This document shows, one piece after another, positions 27,988 to 36,330 of a stretch of 64,000 nt of DNA (positions within the stretch are counted from its first letter, which is position 1; each line of letters begins with the position of its first letter). Under the pieces are notes generated by a model that saw only the letters and a list, made by a program, of their open reading frames with translations, was not told the DNA's origin and did no database searches. Source of the stretch: an uncultured Bacteroidales bacterium (GTDB lineage Bacteria; Bacteroidota; Bacteroidia; Bacteroidales; P3); contig CAMJJD010000002.1 in NCBI GenBank assembly GCA_946406015.1, positions 4,787 through 68,786 on the forward strand, in the 5' to 3' direction. Made by a program: the position numbers and the translations under genes.

Positions 27988-30900
27988 ATGACTAATAAAC
28001 ACAGCTTGTTTCTTTCCGGTTTAATCGTTCTTGCGCTGACTTTCGTGCCGACAGCCAAAGCGCAGAAGGTGACTGTCGACAACTACCAAAACATGCAGGT
28101 GGAGTTTGCCACCGGACAGCTGAAAGCTACCGAGGCGACACTTAATGGGCAAATATTCAGCTTGCTGTCCATCGATGACTACCTACCCTCTTCCGAAGTA
28201 GGCCAACCCTGTCTGCCCACCTACTCCACTCTCGTCGAGACTCCCTTGTGCAAAGGGTATGAAGTCACCGTCAGCGATGCCGAATACGACACCCTCGATG
28301 CCGCCACCCTCGGACTGCGCCACCCGCTGATGCCCCTGCAGCCTTCCCGCAGCAAAAGCGACACACTGCAGCATCCTACAATCGTGGGAAGCGCCTATAC
28401 AACCAACGCCTTCTATCAAGTGGCGCTAGCTTCTGTGGAGCCCGTCGGTATAGCCCGCGACCGCAACCTGGCACGTCTCCAGTTCTCACCCGTGAGCTAC
28501 AACCCCGTCAGCGGCCAAGTGGTCGTCTGCCGCCGTGCCACAGTCAACGTGCATTACGTAGGTGCCGACCGTGAAGCCACCCTGAGCCTGTTCGACCGTT
28601 ACCACACCCCTGCTTTCGGCACCGGCATACCTGTGCTCAACAACCTGTACCCCAAGGCCGTGAGCACCACAGCACCCATCCGTTACCTCATCGTATCGCA
28701 CAGCATGTTCCGCGGACAACTCGACAGTTTCGTGCAGTGGAAACGCCGCAAAGGCTTCCTGGTTGACATCGCCTATACCGACTCGGCAGCCGTGGGCACC
28801 ACCTCCACCTCGATCCAGAACTTCATCAAAAGCCAGTACACCAATGCCACTCCCGCCAAACCCGCGCCCACTTTCCTGCTGCTGGTGGGCGACCACGAGC
28901 AGATCCCTGCCTTCACCGGCACTACCGATGACGACCACATCACCGACCTCTACTACACCACCTGGACCACGGGCGACAACATCCCCGACTGCTACCATGG
29001 ACGCTTCTCGGCACAATCCATCAGTCAGCTGACACCGCAGATACAGAAGACCTTGATGTACGAACAATATACCTTTGCCGACCCGTCGTTCCTCGACCGC
29101 GCCGTGATGGTGGCTGGCGTCGACGGCGGCAGCAGCGGCGACTATGGCTACACCCACGCCGACCCCGCCATGGACTATGCCATACTGCATTATATCAATG
29201 GAGCCCAAGGCTTCAGCCAGGTTCGCTATTTCAAGAACAACACCTCGGTGGTACCCACAGGAAGCAACATCACCGTGGCCGGAAACAGCTCCTCCATGTC
29301 GGCCACCGTCCGCAACTACTACAACCAAGGCGCCGGCTGGATCAACTACTCAGCCCACGGCAGCGCCACCAGTTGGGGCACGCCCAACTTCACCACCTCG
29401 CATGCAGCCGCCATGACCAACAGTCAGAAGTTTGGCCTGATGATTGGCAACTGCTGCCTGACCAACAAATTCGAGACCAGCACCTGCCTCGGCGAATCCG
29501 TACTCCGCGTGGGCAACTACTGTGGCGCCGTCGGCTATATCGGAGGCAGCAACAGCACCTACTGGAACGAGGACTTCTACTGGGCTGTGGGCCTGCGCAA
29601 CGGCATCAGCGCCACCATGTCGCTCAACTACAACGCCAACAACCTCGGTGTCTACGACCGTCTCTGCCATACCCACGGCGAGACCTATAACAAGTGGGTC
29701 CTCACCCAGGGCGATCTGATGTTCCAAGGCAACATGGCCGTGCAGAGCTCCACGTCAAGCCGCAAACTCTACTATTGGGAGATATACCATCTGATGGGAG
29801 ACCCCTCGCTGATGCCCTACCTGACCCAAGCCGACTCGATGACGGTGTCGGTAGCGGCCACCGTCACCGTCGGCACCTCCTCGCTCCCCGTAACGGCAGT
29901 GCCCCACGCCTATGTGGCGTTGGTCGACGCCACAAACAACCAACTGGTTGCCTCCGCCTTCGCCGACGAGAACGGCATTGCCGTGCTGTCACTCCCCAGC
30001 AGCCTGATGGCCGGCAACTACCGGATTGCCGCCTCCGCTCAGCAGTACCGCACCACCTTCGTCGACATCATGGTGATTCAACCCGACGGTCCCTATGCCA
30101 TCGTCAGTTCCGTCAACGCGACGCCCCTCAACGCCGGCGAGACGGTGGCATTGACTCTCCACTTCGAGAATATCGGCAACTTCACCGCCCACAATATTGT
30201 GGCTCAGATGAGCTCCAACAACCCATACCTCACCCTCTCGGTGGCTGCCGTGGTTCTCGACAGCCTGGCCGCCGGTGCCTCCTTCGACCTCACCGGAGCC
30301 GTCAGCGCCTCGGTGGCTGCCGACGCACCCGACAACAGCACCGCCAGCCTGAGCTTCACCACCTCATGGACTGGCAACACCATTACAAGCAACACCCTCA
30401 TAAACATGCAGCTGTATGCACCAGTGCCCTCCATCTCCTTCTCGAATCCCGAGATGAGCATCCTGGCTGGCAACACCGCCACCCTGACAGCGACCTTGCG
30501 CAACAGCGGCCACGCTCCCGTACAGAGCCCGCTGACCTTCACCTCCCCCACCGCCCTCCTCACCGTCACACCCGCAGCCACCACTCCCTTCTCGCTTGCA
30601 CCCGGCAGCGACACCGCATTCACCCTGACGCTCCATGCCGACAGCCAACTCCCGCAACACATCACCATCCCCTTGCTTTACCAATACGCCACCCTCAGCC
30701 ACGAGCTGCCGGTGTATGTCGGACAGAGCTACTCCGAGACCTTCGAAGGCGGCAGCATGAACCTCGCAGGCGTGACCAACAACAGCAACCATCCTTGGAT
30801 CATCATCGACACGCTGGCCTACGAGGGCACCCACAGCATGCGTTCGGCCGCCAACTTGTCCAACTACGACTCCTCCGTGATGCGCATCACCGTCAACGTC

Positions 30901-31836
30901 ACCGTGCCCGACAGCATCAGCTTCTACTACAAAGTCTCGTCGGAGCAGAGCTACGACAAGCTCTTCTTCCTCATCGATGGCGTGGAGAAATTCAACGCAT
31001 CGGGCGAGACCGACTGGACACGGGCCGGATATCCCCTCACCGTCGGCAGCCACACGCTCACCTTCCGCTACAAAAAAGATGTCAGCGTGAGCCGTGGCAG
31101 CGACTGCGCATGGATTGACAACATCAAGCTGCCCCACCAGGAACAGACCGTCGCATTCCGCAACGACACCCTATGCGAAGGCAGTGCCTACGCACCTTTC
31201 GGTGAGACCATCAACACCGACACACCCGGCAACGGGACAGCCCAAGGCACAATCAACGGACAGCTGACCCTCATCGACTACCTGGTGCTCTCGCCCGCCG
31301 TCTCCACCGACAGCGTCGTCGCCTGCGACTCCTACCTCTGGAACGGACAAGAATACACCGCCGACGGCTCCTACACCCAGGCCTACGTGAACAACTACGG
31401 CTGCTACGACTCCATCACCCTCCTACTCACCTTGCACCACTCGGTGGCCGTAACCGTGGCCGACACCACCGGGTCGGCACAATATGTGTGGAACGGGCAC
31501 GTCTATACCGCTTCGGGCGAATACCAGCAGGTGCTCACCACCGTCGACGGATGCGACAGCACCGTCACCCTCCAGCTGACCCTCCTCGGCTCCGAAGGCA
31601 TCGACGACCTCCAGACCTCCGGTTCCGAACTCCGCATCTACCCCAACCCCACCACCGGCCACATGCAGCTCAGCCAGCCGGCCGACGAGGTGCGCATCTA
31701 CGACATGACAGGCCGTCAGATAGCCCTGCTGCACAACGTGCAACAGCTCGACCTCGGCACCCTGCCACAAGGAGTCTACACCCTCCACATCGCCACCCCG
31801 CACGGCAGCACCATCCTGCGCGCCGTCAAGCAGTAA
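27988..31836 (+). CDS. C25 (gingipain-family) cysteine peptidase with T9SS C-terminal sorting domain
   Basis: 1282 aa with a signal peptide, a catalytic His context YSAHGSATSWG and a Cys context GNCCLTNKF. Ig-like/adhesin-like regions follow. The C-terminal ~70 aa (LRIYPNPTTG...GVYTLHI) is a type A T9SS CTD. Confidence 0.85.
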   Translation: MTNKHSLFLSGLIVLALTFVPTAKAQKVTVDNYQNMQVEFATGQLKATEATLNGQIFSLLSIDDYLPSSEVGQPCLPTYSTLVETPLCKGYEVTVSDAEYDTLDAATLGLRHPLMPLQPSRSKSDTLQHPTIVGSAYTTNAFYQVALASVEPVGIARDRNLARLQFSPVSYNPVSGQVVVCRRATVNVHYVGADREATLSLFDRYHTPAFGTGIPVLNNLYPKAVSTTAPIRYLIVSHSMFRGQLDSFVQWKRRKGFLVDIAYTDSAAVGTTSTSIQNFIKSQYTNATPAKPAPTFLLLVGDHEQIPAFTGTTDDDHITDLYYTTWTTGDNIPDCYHGRFSAQSISQLTPQIQKTLMYEQYTFADPSFLDRAVMVAGVDGGSSGDYGYTHADPAMDYAILHYINGAQGFSQVRYFKNNTSVVPTGSNITVAGNSSSMSATVRNYYNQGAGWINYSAHGSATSWGTPNFTTSHAAAMTNSQKFGLMIGNCCLTNKFETSTCLGESVLRVGNYCGAVGYIGGSNSTYWNEDFYWAVGLRNGISATMSLNYNANNLGVYDRLCHTHGETYNKWVLTQGDLMFQGNMAVQSSTSSRKLYYWEIYHLMGDPSLMPYLTQADSMTVSVAATVTVGTSSLPVTAVPHAYVALVDATNNQLVASAFADENGIAVLSLPSSLMAGNYRIAASAQQYRTTFVDIMVIQPDGPYAIVSSVNATPLNAGETVALTLHFENIGNFTAHNIVAQMSSNNPYLTLSVAAVVLDSLAAGASFDLTGAVSASVAADAPDNSTASLSFTTSWTGNTITSNTLINMQLYAPVPSISFSNPEMSILAGNTATLTATLRNSGHAPVQSPLTFTSPTALLTVTPAATTPFSLAPGSDTAFTLTLHADSQLPQHITIPLLYQYATLSHELPVYVGQSYSETFEGGSMNLAGVTNNSNHPWIIIDTLAYEGTHSMRSAANLSNYDSSVMRITVNVTVPDSISFYYKVSSEQSYDKLFFLIDGVEKFNASGETDWTRAGYPLTVGSHTLTFRYKKDVSVSRGSDCAWIDNIKLPHQEQTVAFRNDTLCEGSAYAPFGETINTDTPGNGTAQGTINGQLTLIDYLVLSPAVSTDSVVACDSYLWNGQEYTADGSYTQAYVNNYGCYDSITLLLTLHHSVAVTVADTTGSAQYVWNGHVYTASGEYQQVLTTVDGCDSTVTLQLTLLGSEGIDDLQTSGSELRIYPNPTTGHMQLSQPADEVRIYDMTGRQIALLHNVQQLDLGTLPQGVYTLHIATPHGSTILRAVKQ

Positions 31837-31875
31837 ACAAGAAAGAACAAATACAAACACAATACCCATACAACA

Positions 31876-33513
31876 ATGAAAAAAACAATCGTCATCGCTA
31901 TGGCAGCAACAATGCTTATGGCTGTGGGTTGCAAAGGCAAGAAAGCCGTCGAGAGCGACCCCGAAATCCAACAGAAAGTGAACGAGTATGCCGAGTTCGA
32001 ACTCAAGTCGGACCTCATCCAGAACCTCTCGGCCAACGAGAAAGAGCTGGTCAAAATCTTCATCGAGATCGGACAGGTCATGGACGACATCTACTGGGAT
32101 GAGTACTTTGGCTATGCCAACCGTGCCAGCCTCGACACACTGAAAGATCCCGCCATGCGCGCCTTCGCCAACATACAGTACGGCGCCTGGGACCGCCTCG
32201 ACAGCGAGCGCCCCTTCCTCCCCGGCTATGGCGAGCGCCCCGCGGGTTGCAACTTCTACCCTGTCGACATGACCAAGGAAGAGTTCGACGCCCTCGAAGA
32301 CCCGCTGAAAAACGACCAGTACAGCGTCATCCGTCGCGACGAGAACGGCAAACTCTACGTCCTCCCCTACCATGAGGCCTACAAAGAGGAACTCGCCAAA
32401 GTCGACGCACTCCTCGAGAAGGCCATCGCACTGGCCGAGAACGCCGGCCTGAAGAAGTACCTCGAGGCTCGCCGCGAGGCCTTCCGCACCGACGACTACT
32501 TCGAGTCCGACATGGTGTGGATGGATATGAAAGACAGCAAGCTCGACTTCGTCGTCGGTCCCATCGAGAACTACGACGATGGCATCAACGGCCTGAAGTG
32601 CAGCCACGAAGCCTTCGTGCTCGTCAAAGACGAGGAGTGGAGCAACGACCTCAGCAAGTTCGCCGCCCTCCTGCCCGAGATGCAGAAACTCCTCCCCTGC
32701 GACCCCAAATATAAGAAAGAGGTGCCCGGCACCGACTGCGACATCAACGTCTACGACGTGGTCTACTACGCCGGCGACTGCAACGCGGGCTCCAAAACCA
32801 TCGCCATCAACCTGCCCAACGACGAGCGCGTGCAGCTGGCCAAAGGCAGCCGCCGCCTGCAGCTGAAGAACGCCATGAAGGCCAAGTTCGACAACATCAT
32901 GGTGCCCATCGCCCAGCTGATGGTCTGTCCCGAGCAGGTCGACAGCGTCACCTTCAACGCCTTCTTCGGCAACACCTGCTACCACGAGGTGGCCCACGGC
33001 CTCGGCATCAAGAACACCGTCACCGGCCGCGGTCCCTGCCGCCAGGCCCTCGGCGCCCAGTACAGCGCTTGGGAGGAAGCCAAAGCCGACGTCTGCGGCC
33101 TCTTCCTCACCGAGCAGCTCATCGAGCGAGGCGAAATCACCAACACCACCGTCGCCCAGAACTACATCACCTTCATCGCCGGCATCCTCCGCAGCGTCCG
33201 CTTCGGTGCCACCGAGGCCCACGGCGTGGCCAACATCATGTGCTACAACTACTTCCTCGAGCACGGCGCCTTCAGCCGCAATGCCGACGGCAAGTATGTC
33301 ATCGACGTGGAGAAAGCCCGCGAGGCTGCCCGCGGCTGGGCCGCCATCATCATCGCCATGGAAGGCGAGGGCGATGCCGCTGCCGCCAAAGCCTATAGCG
33401 ACAAGAACGGCAAGATCAGCAACGACCTGCAGCGTGACCTCGACGCCATCCGCGACGCCAACATCCCGCGCGACATCATCTACAAGCAGGGTGCCCAGGT
33501 GCTCGGTCTCTAA
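31876..33513 (+). CDS. M49 (DPP III)-like zinc metallopeptidase-family lipoprotein
   Basis: 545 aa with lipobox MAVGC, the HEVAH zinc motif and a downstream EEAKAD motif. The family assignment is by motif recall only. Confidence 0.55.
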   Translation: MKKTIVIAMAATMLMAVGCKGKKAVESDPEIQQKVNEYAEFELKSDLIQNLSANEKELVKIFIEIGQVMDDIYWDEYFGYANRASLDTLKDPAMRAFANIQYGAWDRLDSERPFLPGYGERPAGCNFYPVDMTKEEFDALEDPLKNDQYSVIRRDENGKLYVLPYHEAYKEELAKVDALLEKAIALAENAGLKKYLEARREAFRTDDYFESDMVWMDMKDSKLDFVVGPIENYDDGINGLKCSHEAFVLVKDEEWSNDLSKFAALLPEMQKLLPCDPKYKKEVPGTDCDINVYDVVYYAGDCNAGSKTIAINLPNDERVQLAKGSRRLQLKNAMKAKFDNIMVPIAQLMVCPEQVDSVTFNAFFGNTCYHEVAHGLGIKNTVTGRGPCRQALGAQYSAWEEAKADVCGLFLTEQLIERGEITNTTVAQNYITFIAGILRSVRFGATEAHGVANIMCYNYFLEHGAFSRNADGKYVIDVEKAREAARGWAAIIIAMEGEGDAAAAKAYSDKNGKISNDLQRDLDAIRDANIPRDIIYKQGAQVLGL

Positions 33514-33538
33514 CCGACCCGCCACACCCCCACTGCCA

Positions 33539-33568
33539 GGCCGGCAAGCAGCGCGCTGCTTGCCGGCC
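33539..33568 (+). terminator. GC-rich hairpin terminator after the metallopeptidase gene
   Basis: ggccggcaagcagc / gctgcttgccggcc, followed by ttcttgtt. Confidence 0.75.
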
Positions 33569-33575
33569 TTCTTGT

Positions 33576-33912
33576 TAAATACATCGCGCACGACCAATTC
33601 CTCACCAGGGAAAATTTACCCCCACAACACCACCGCGTCCCCTCCGACCGAACTCCGACTACAGTCGGAGTAGTATCGGAGTAACCTCGGAGTAGCATCG
33701 GAGATGTATCGGAGATGATGCTATCTACCAGCGACTTACATTCTATTTGTATACACACACATGTGATAACCAAGTAGATACATTATCCACAAGACGCCTG
33801 GGGACCATCTTCAGCCACCTGGAGCGTCAGCGACCATCCATCGGGCACGACAGCAACGGAAATAGATTTTGCCCGTTCAAAATCACTAATTAAATCGTGT
33901 ACGATTTATTTC
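33576..33912. promoter_or_regulatory. cassette B: paralogue of cassette A upstream of upxY, with more degenerate bounding repeats
   Basis: Left site taaatacatcgcgcacga (33576-33593). The reverse complement of the right site (33895-33912) is gaaataaatcgtacacga, giving 14/18 matches. The internal layout matches cassette A. A near-consensus -7 box tagattttg lies at 33863-33871. Confidence 0.45.
33642..33714. repeat. seven 11-bp-phased TCGGAG half-sites (2 inverted + 5 direct)
   Basis: ctccga at 33642 and 33653. tcggag at 33665, 33676, 33687, 33698 and 33709. The central perfect palindrome is ctccgac-taca-gtcggag (33653-33670). Confidence 0.85.
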
Positions 33913-34017
33913 CACAACCCCTTCCGACTGTCGTCACAGAAGGGGTGGTTTTCTCCCCGTTGTGGATTATTTCTCGGCAAAACGCGTTTTTTATTTGGTG
34001 GTATAAAATGTTTTTTG

Positions 34018-34025
34018 TATATTTG
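34018..34025 (+). promoter_or_regulatory. -7 promoter box (TATATTTG) for the upxY operon; implies a ~155-nt 5' leader
   Basis: Exact TAnnTTTG. The upxY ATG is at 34189. Confidence 0.55.
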
Positions 34026-34188
34026 CAATTGGAACAATAGTATATAATCACACAATATACTACTGTCTCCCAACGGGTTGCGGCTCCCCTCCTGCGATAG
34101 GAGGGCCCGAAGGTCAGAACACTCCCCGGCTGACAAACCCCGGACGGACTCCATGCACACGCCTGGAGGAGGGGAGAGTATTGGGTTT

Positions 34189-34674
34189 ATGGAAAAACAC
34201 TGGTACGCATTCAAGGTCTATTACAATCACGTGCAGCCGCTTATCTCCGATTGCCTGGAGTCAGGGCTTGAGTTCTTCGCACCGACAGATGTCATCAAGT
34301 CATTGCTTTTTCTGCACTGCAGCGAGACCGACATGGCTCATTTCGTTGTGAACCACCATAGACAAGCATGGGTATACTACAACACCGAGCGCACTCAGGC
34401 TGCCGTGATTCCCGACCGTGAGATGGAAGTGTTCCGTTTCGTGGTCACGGCTGGACGCGACGGACTGGAGGTGCTGGGTGACGACCGACCCGAATACCAT
34501 GAGGGCGACCGCGTGGTGGTCACCGGCGGCCCCTTCAAAGGTGCTGAGGGACACATCAAACGCATCAAACGCGACCGCCGCCTGGTCGTCACCATCCGCG
34601 GCGTCGTCGCCGTCGCCACCACCTACATACACCCCAGCCTGCTCCGCAGAGTCGATGAGTCTATGAGTCATTGA
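34189..34674 (+). CDS. upxY: UpxY-family transcription antiterminator (NusG paralogue)
   Basis: Start at MEKHWYAFKVYY (typical UpxY/NusG NGN start). The C-terminal KOW motif is GDRVVVTGGPFKGAEGHIKRI. This is the first gene of a polysaccharide locus. Confidence 0.85.
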   Translation: MEKHWYAFKVYYNHVQPLISDCLESGLEFFAPTDVIKSLLFLHCSETDMAHFVVNHHRQAWVYYNTERTQAAVIPDREMEVFRFVVTAGRDGLEVLGDDRPEYHEGDRVVVTGGPFKGAEGHIKRIKRDRRLVVTIRGVVAVATTYIHPSLLRRVDESMSH

Positions 34675-34719
34675 GTCTGTGAGTCTATGAGTCTGTGAGT
34701 CAATGAGTGTATAAGTATA
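34656..34719. repeat. 8-bp tandem array TGAGTCNN x8, overlapping the last 6 codons and stop of upxY
   Basis: TGAGTC (or a decayed version of it) starts at 34656, 34664, 34672, 34680, 34688, 34696, 34704 and 34712, in exact 8-bp register. Confidence 0.85.
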
Positions 34720-34740
34720 TGAAACAACACGTTAGATGGC

Positions 34741-35100
34741 ATGAAAAGGGTTTTTGAAAATCTATTTGTATGGCAAGAAGCGAGAACTTTGGTGGGTGAA
34801 GTATATTCCATGCTGGATGGTTCGAGAGATTACGGGTTTAAAGACCAAATACAACGCGCTAGCGTGAGCATCATGAATAATATTGCCGAAGGAGCTGACT
34901 GTGGTTCTGATGCCAAATTCGTCAACTACCTTAACACCGCACGAGGTAGTTGCTCCGAAGTAAAAAGCACGCTTTATTTGTGTGAGGATTTAGGCTTATG
35001 TGGCAGTGAGAAGCGCACAGAATTGCAAGGGCGAGTAAACCAAATATCTTATGGGCTCGCTAAATTAATAGAGTCAATAAAACCCACTCCAGAGCGATAA
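34741..35100 (+). CDS. four-helix-bundle protein (23S rRNA intervening-sequence protein / Avd-like family)
   Basis: 119 aa. LFVWQEARTLVGEVY...QIQRASVSIMNNIAEG...ARGSCSEV is characteristic of this family. Confidence 0.85.
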   Translation: MKRVFENLFVWQEARTLVGEVYSMLDGSRDYGFKDQIQRASVSIMNNIAEGADCGSDAKFVNYLNTARGSCSEVKSTLYLCEDLGLCGSEKRTELQGRVNQISYGLAKLIESIKPTPER

Positions 35101-35114
35101 AGGCTCTATCCTCG

Positions 35115-35153
35115 AAGACTCATAGTCTTATTGTCTTAAAGACTCATAGTCTC
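35115..35153. repeat. two copies of AAGACTCATAGTCT, the inverse complement of the upstream TGAGTC array words
   Basis: aagactcatagtct occurs at 35115 and 35139. AGACTCATAG is the reverse complement of CTATGAGTCT at 34685-34694. Confidence 0.8.
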
Positions 35154-35163
35154 AAGGTCTATC

Positions 35164-36330
35164 ATGAAAAAAGGACTGTTTAAACTACAATACGAGCTTG
35201 ACAGCCGCTACACCGAGGCCGGCAGCGACCAAGGGGCCAAGCTGGATGTGCATGAAATCGACGACGAAAACGTACGTCGGTTCCTGTCCGACACGGCACA
35301 TCTGGGCTATAAGGAGACTGTCAAGTACCTGAAACGACGACAGGAACAGTCCGACAGCAGCATCGCCATCATCCCCTTCACCACCGCCACGCCCGAAGCA
35401 CTTGCCTACCGCCTCGAGAACCTCTCGCCACGCCTCACCTTCCTCTCCCGTCCCCTGAACACTGTCGAACGGCTCGACGAGATGCTGTATGCCGCCAACT
35501 GGCGGCTGCCCCAAGGCGCCTACCTATGTGCCCACTCGATGACGGCGGCGTTGAAACGCAACCTGACGATGGCGCGCTACCCGTGGGGCATCAACTACCT
35601 GATGGTGGCATGGGACTACGTGTGGCACCGCATGTGCCCGAAGATGAAGCTGACACGCCGGCTTTACTTCGCCGTCACCGGCGGCAAGAAGCGCACCATG
35701 AGCCGTGTGGAGATACTGGGACGTTTCTACCGTGCAGGTTTCGAGGTCGTCGACGAGCAGTTCCGCGAAGGCGAATTCTTCGTCACCGTCTGCAAAGTGG
35801 CCGAGCCCATCGACGACGAAGCCCCCACAGGGTCGCCCGTCATCCACCTACGCCGCATCGGCAAGGGTGGCAAGGAGATTGTGGTGCACAAGTTCCGCAC
35901 GATGTACACCTACTCGGAGTATGTGCAGCCCTACATCTACCACTATCAGAGCCTCGAGCGAGGCGGGAAATTCAAGGAGGACTACCGCATCAACCTCTGG
36001 GGACGTCTGCTGCGACGCATCTGGCTCGACGAGCTGCCCATGTTGTGGAACATGCTGCGCGGCGACCTCAAACTGGTGGGCGTGCGCCCGCTGAGCCGCC
36101 ATTATTTCAGCCTCTACACCCCTGAGATGCAGCAGCTGCGCATACGCACCAAGCCCGGCATGCTTCCGCCGTTCTACTATGACCAACATACCCCCGAGAC
36201 CATCGAGGAAGTCCAGGAGAGCGAACGCCGCTACCTGGAGGCCTATCTCGAGCACCCCTTCGCCACCGACTGGCGCTACTTCTGGGGCATCGTAGGCAAC
36301 ATCCTGCTTCGCCGCAAGCGGTCGAAATAG
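35164..36330 (+). CDS. sugar transferase (Bac_transf / phosphoglycosyl transferase catalytic domain) with atypical soluble N-terminal domain
   Basis: The C-terminal ~170 aa carry KFRTM, LDELPMLWNMLRGDLKLVGVRPL and KPGM motifs. The ~220-aa N-terminal part has no obvious re-entrant hydrophobic helix. Confidence 0.8.
   Translation: MKKGLFKLQYELDSRYTEAGSDQGAKLDVHEIDDENVRRFLSDTAHLGYKETVKYLKRRQEQSDSSIAIIPFTTATPEALAYRLENLSPRLTFLSRPLNTVERLDEMLYAANWRLPQGAYLCAHSMTAALKRNLTMARYPWGINYLMVAWDYVWHRMCPKMKLTRRLYFAVTGGKKRTMSRVEILGRFYRAGFEVVDEQFREGEFFVTVCKVAEPIDDEAPTGSPVIHLRRIGKGGKEIVVHKFRTMYTYSEYVQPYIYHYQSLERGGKFKEDYRINLWGRLLRRIWLDELPMLWNMLRGDLKLVGVRPLSRHYFSLYTPEMQQLRIRTKPGMLPPFYYDQHTPETIEEVQESERRYLEAYLEHPFATDWRYFWGIVGNILLRRKRSK

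Noticed and set aside
27662-33570. tRNA-Ser followed by two peptidase genes as a possible tRNA-targeted genomic island
   Set aside because: There is no integrase, transposase or other mobility gene. I did not notice a direct repeat of the tRNA 3' end, and the composition matches the GC-rich backbone. There is not enough evidence for an island.
31423-33597. 724-aa minus-strand ORF spanning the end of the C25 peptidase gene and the whole M49-like gene
   Set aside because: It is antisense to two well-supported plus-strand genes and crosses their intergenic region. Its composition is G/A/V/D/E-rich and low-complexity, with no motifs.
34078-34188. N-terminal extensions of ORFs in the track (UpxY from 34078, GT2 from 56429, the 37221 ORF, cls from 6285, the LTD protein from 8935, the dehydrogenase from 13259)
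   Set aside because: The extensions are low-complexity, overlap upstream genes or promoters, and precede canonical N-termini (NGN start, signal peptides, Rossmann or P-loop starts). Starts were therefore moved to internal ATGs.
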